Below, one piece after another: positions 41,960 through 43,617 of a stretch of 43,617 nt of DNA; positions within the stretch are counted from its first letter, which is position 1, and every line of letters begins with the position of its first letter. The translations under genes were made by a program, and so were the position numbers. The stretch lies in contig CAYNGY010000003.1 in the NCBI GenBank assembly GCA_964397195.1, positions 135,836 to 179,452 of the forward strand, read 5' to 3'. This DNA is from an uncultured Gammaproteobacteria bacterium. Its GTDB lineage: Bacteria > Patescibacteriota > Patescibacteriia > SBBC01 > CAIJZX01. A model generated the notes under the pieces. It was not told the DNA's origin. It searched no databases and saw only the letters and a list, made by a program, of their open reading frames with translations.

Positions 41960-43417
41960 CTATTCGACTGGTGGGGTCGACTTGGCTGGAGTCTCTGCCG
42001 GTTTTTTCGCCGACCGTACAGAAATGTGGACGTCGCGGAGTTGTTGCTCGGTGACCGTTGATGGAGCACTCATTAATGGGTCACGGGCATCACCCATCAG
42101 CGGGAAGGCAATCATTTCTTTCAGATTCGGCTGACCGGTCAGGACCATCAGTAAACGGTCGATTCCAGGAGCGATCCCACCATGCGGCGGCGCACCATAT
42201 TCGAAGGCCTCAAGCAAGTGGGCAAATTGCTGCTTTTGTTCATCCGAAAAACCTATGAGCCCGAAGATTTTTTCTTGAAGTTTAGGGTCGTGAATACGAA
42301 TACTGCCGCCACCAACTTCGAATCCGTTTAAGGCTAGGTCATGCTGGTATGAACGCGCTTTCAGCGGCTCGGTATCGAGTAACGGGATATCTTCGGTTCG
42401 CGGTGCGGTAAACATGTGATGCGATGGAGCATACTTCTCCCCGGCCCCGAAAAAGAAATCTTCTTTTGATTGTGGCGTGAATAACGGGAAATCAATAATC
42501 CAGGCAAAGGCTAATTCGTTCGGATCATTCTTATCTTTGCGCAAGTCCGGTTTATCACTGCCGTATTTTTCCATGGCTTCTTGATGCGGAATACGAGGCC
42601 ACGGCACCTGGGTGATATGTTTATCCGGGAATAATTCCTTGACCAGGGACGTGAACATACCTTCCACGAGTTCTAAAATGTCATTTTGGGACACAAAGGA
42701 CATCTCCATATCAAGCTGGTAGAACTCGCCCGGACTTCGATCGGCGCGAGCGTCTTCGTCACGGAAACACGGGGCGATTTGGAAATATCGTTCCATCCCG
42801 GCCACCATCAGTAATTGCTTGTATTGTTGCGGAGACTGTGGGAGCGCAAAGAACTTCCCAGCGTGGAGGCGGGACGGGACGAGATAGTCTCGGGCTCCTT
42901 CGGGAGTTGATTTTGAAAGAATCGGCGTTTGAATTTCAACAAAGTCTTCTTTCTGCAAGTAGTTCCGCAAGAATTGTAAAACTTTATGGCGAAGCCGAAT
43001 ATTTGTATTCATGCGCTCGGTTCGCAGGTCCAAATATCGATATTTTAAACGGGTCTCTTCATTTACATTGAGTGTCGTTTTATCAATCTCGAATGGCGGC
43101 GTTTTTGCCTCATTCAAAACAACAAGCGACTCCCCGACCATCTCAACGGTCCCGGAGACAATGTTTTGATTCACCATGCGTTCCGGCCGAGCGTTGATGG
43201 TGCCCTCAATTGAGACAACGTACTCCGACCGGACATCGTTGACGGCGGCGTACGCCTCGGTGTGGGACGGATCGAACACCACTTGGAGTAACCCCGAGCG
43301 GTCACGGAGGTCTACAAAGATGATTTTCCCGTGGCGGCGGATGTTATGAATCCAGCCTTGGACGAGGACTCGCTGGCCGACGGAGGTAACGGTGTCTTTG
43401 ATGGTAGTTCGTTGCAT
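41960..43417 (-). CDS. aspS: Aspartate--tRNA ligase, bacterial type but lacking the GAD insertion domain
   Basis: 'FVEIQTPILSKSTPEGARDYLVPSR', 'ALPQSPQQYKQLLM', 'FRDEDARADR', 'HHMFTAP', 'NGFEVGGGSIRIH' and 'GAPPHGGIAPGIDRL'. Only about 18 aa separate 'SDKPDLR' from 'WIIDFPLF', whereas E. coli has ~130 aa there. Confidence 0.9.
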   Translation of the reverse strand: MQRTTIKDTVTSVGQRVLVQGWIHNIRRHGKIIFVDLRDRSGLLQVVFDPSHTEAYAAVNDVRSEYVVSIEGTINARPERMVNQNIVSGTVEMVGESLVVLNEAKTPPFEIDKTTLNVNEETRLKYRYLDLRTERMNTNIRLRHKVLQFLRNYLQKEDFVEIQTPILSKSTPEGARDYLVPSRLHAGKFFALPQSPQQYKQLLMVAGMERYFQIAPCFRDEDARADRSPGEFYQLDMEMSFVSQNDILELVEGMFTSLVKELFPDKHITQVPWPRIPHQEAMEKYGSDKPDLRKDKNDPNELAFAWIIDFPLFTPQSKEDFFFGAGEKYAPSHHMFTAPRTEDIPLLDTEPLKARSYQHDLALNGFEVGGGSIRIHDPKLQEKIFGLIGFSDEQKQQFAHLLEAFEYGAPPHGGIAPGIDRLLMVLTGQPNLKEMIAFPLMGDARDPLMSAPSTVTEQQLRDVHISVRSAKKPAETPAKSTPPVE

Positions 43418-43442
43418 ACGCGAATACGGTAAGTCAGAGGCT

Positions 43443-43470
43443 AGAATACCATATATACTGTGAAAATCAA
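43443..43470 (-). promoter_or_regulatory. Putative promoter for aspS
   Basis: On the minus strand: TTGATT (43470-43465), a 16-nt spacer, then TGgTATTCT (hexamer 43448-43443). It lies between the tRNA-Gln and aspS. Confidence 0.4.
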
Positions 43471-43561
43471 TGGCTTGCGACTTTTTATCTCTCTTCGTAT
43501 GAACCCCAGCTGTACCCTAAAGAGGTCTATACCGTACTACGTTAATACGTCTCAGACTTCT

Positions 43562-43617
43562 TGGCTCGGGGACAGGGATTCGAACCCCGATTCACGGCTT
43601 CAAAGGCCGCTGTCCTA
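43562..43617 (-). tRNA. tRNA-Gln (anticodon UUG), 3' part only (5' part outside the window)
   Basis: The reverse complement reads ...GCGGC-CTTTGAA-GCCGT-GAAT-CGGGG-TTCGAAT-CCCTG-TCCCCGA-G-CCA. This gives an anticodon stem-loop with UUG at positions 34-36, a 4-nt variable loop, a T-arm with the GTTCGAAT loop, the 3' acceptor strand, discriminator G and an encoded CCA. Confidence 0.75.

Noticed and set aside
43418-43561. A possible T-box or other riboswitch leader upstream of aspS. The same idea applies to lysS, serS and gltX.
   Set aside because: The aspS gap is only 144 nt, and much of it is promoter-like AT-rich sequence. I saw no specifier-loop or terminator-antiterminator structure. The other aaRS genes have upstream gaps of at most 41 nt.
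1-43617. I looked for CRISPR arrays, IS elements or transposases, integrases, prophage genes, toxin-antitoxin pairs and known defence systems.
   Set aside because: There are no direct-repeat/spacer arrays and no DDE, serine or tyrosine recombinase motifs. There are no small paired ORFs of TA type and no nuclease/ATPase defence-like genes. Every ORF over 300 nt outside the called genes is antisense or off-frame.
1-43617. Alternative genetic code (UGA recoded as Gly or Trp, as in some candidate phyla).
   Set aside because: TGA terminates several conserved genes at the expected length (GT2 at 1627-1629, mreC, mreD, mrdA, def, fmt, gltX). No conserved gene is interrupted by in-frame stops.

Overview
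This is a dense window made up almost entirely of housekeeping genes: 42 supported protein genes and one partial tRNA-Gln(UUG) at the 3' edge. I saw no rRNA, CRISPR array, transposase, integrase, phage gene or recognisable defence gene.

Gene content by strand block:
- 1-20431 (+): a roughly 20 kb co-directional run. It holds a surface-glycan cluster (O-antigen-ligase-like, 2x GT2, DUF4012-like, an extra MreB, GT4), then holB, an Asp-box propeller protein, frr, rseP, mreB-mreC-mreD-mrdA, greA, lysS, an HD-domain protein, serS, alr and an ftsQ-like gene.
- 20580-24117 (-): an M23 peptidase, gltX and a TagA/WecB-like glycosyltransferase.
- 24155-29567 (+): a secreted repeat protein, a LigB-like protein, a degenerate priA, def and fmt.
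- 29552-37220 (-): one tightly packed operon of trxB, DUF59, a cupredoxin-like lipoprotein, rpiB, an rpe-like gene, fba, a PfkB kinase, an archaeal-type AMP phosphorylase and a processive GT2 synthase.
- 37383-37676 (+): a monocistronic HU gene.
- 37717-43617 (-): a beta-CASP RNase, a Kef-type antiporter, an orphan secreted protein, a GAD-less aspS and the tRNA-Gln.

Lineage: the combination of features is what I would expect from a small-genome Patescibacteria/CPR-like bacterium. Those features are DUF4012, an AMP phosphorylase with the archaeal N-terminal domain, reduced PriA and AspRS, and no Shine-Dalgarno motifs. This is an inference, not a demonstrated assignment.

I did not find an obvious self-contained novel system such as a defence or mobile element. 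The most interesting candidates are:
1. An MreB paralogue embedded in a glycan-synthesis cluster next to a DUF4012-like protein.
2. A PriA homologue whose helicase motifs I, II and VI are all degenerate while its zinc-finger module is intact.
3. An AMP-phosphorylase / PfkB-kinase / pentose-phosphate operon fused to a redox module.
4. Promoter geometry implying leaderless, Shine-Dalgarno-independent expression, including a 33-bp overlapping bidirectional promoter.

All functional calls rest on motif recognition by eye. No database search was run.
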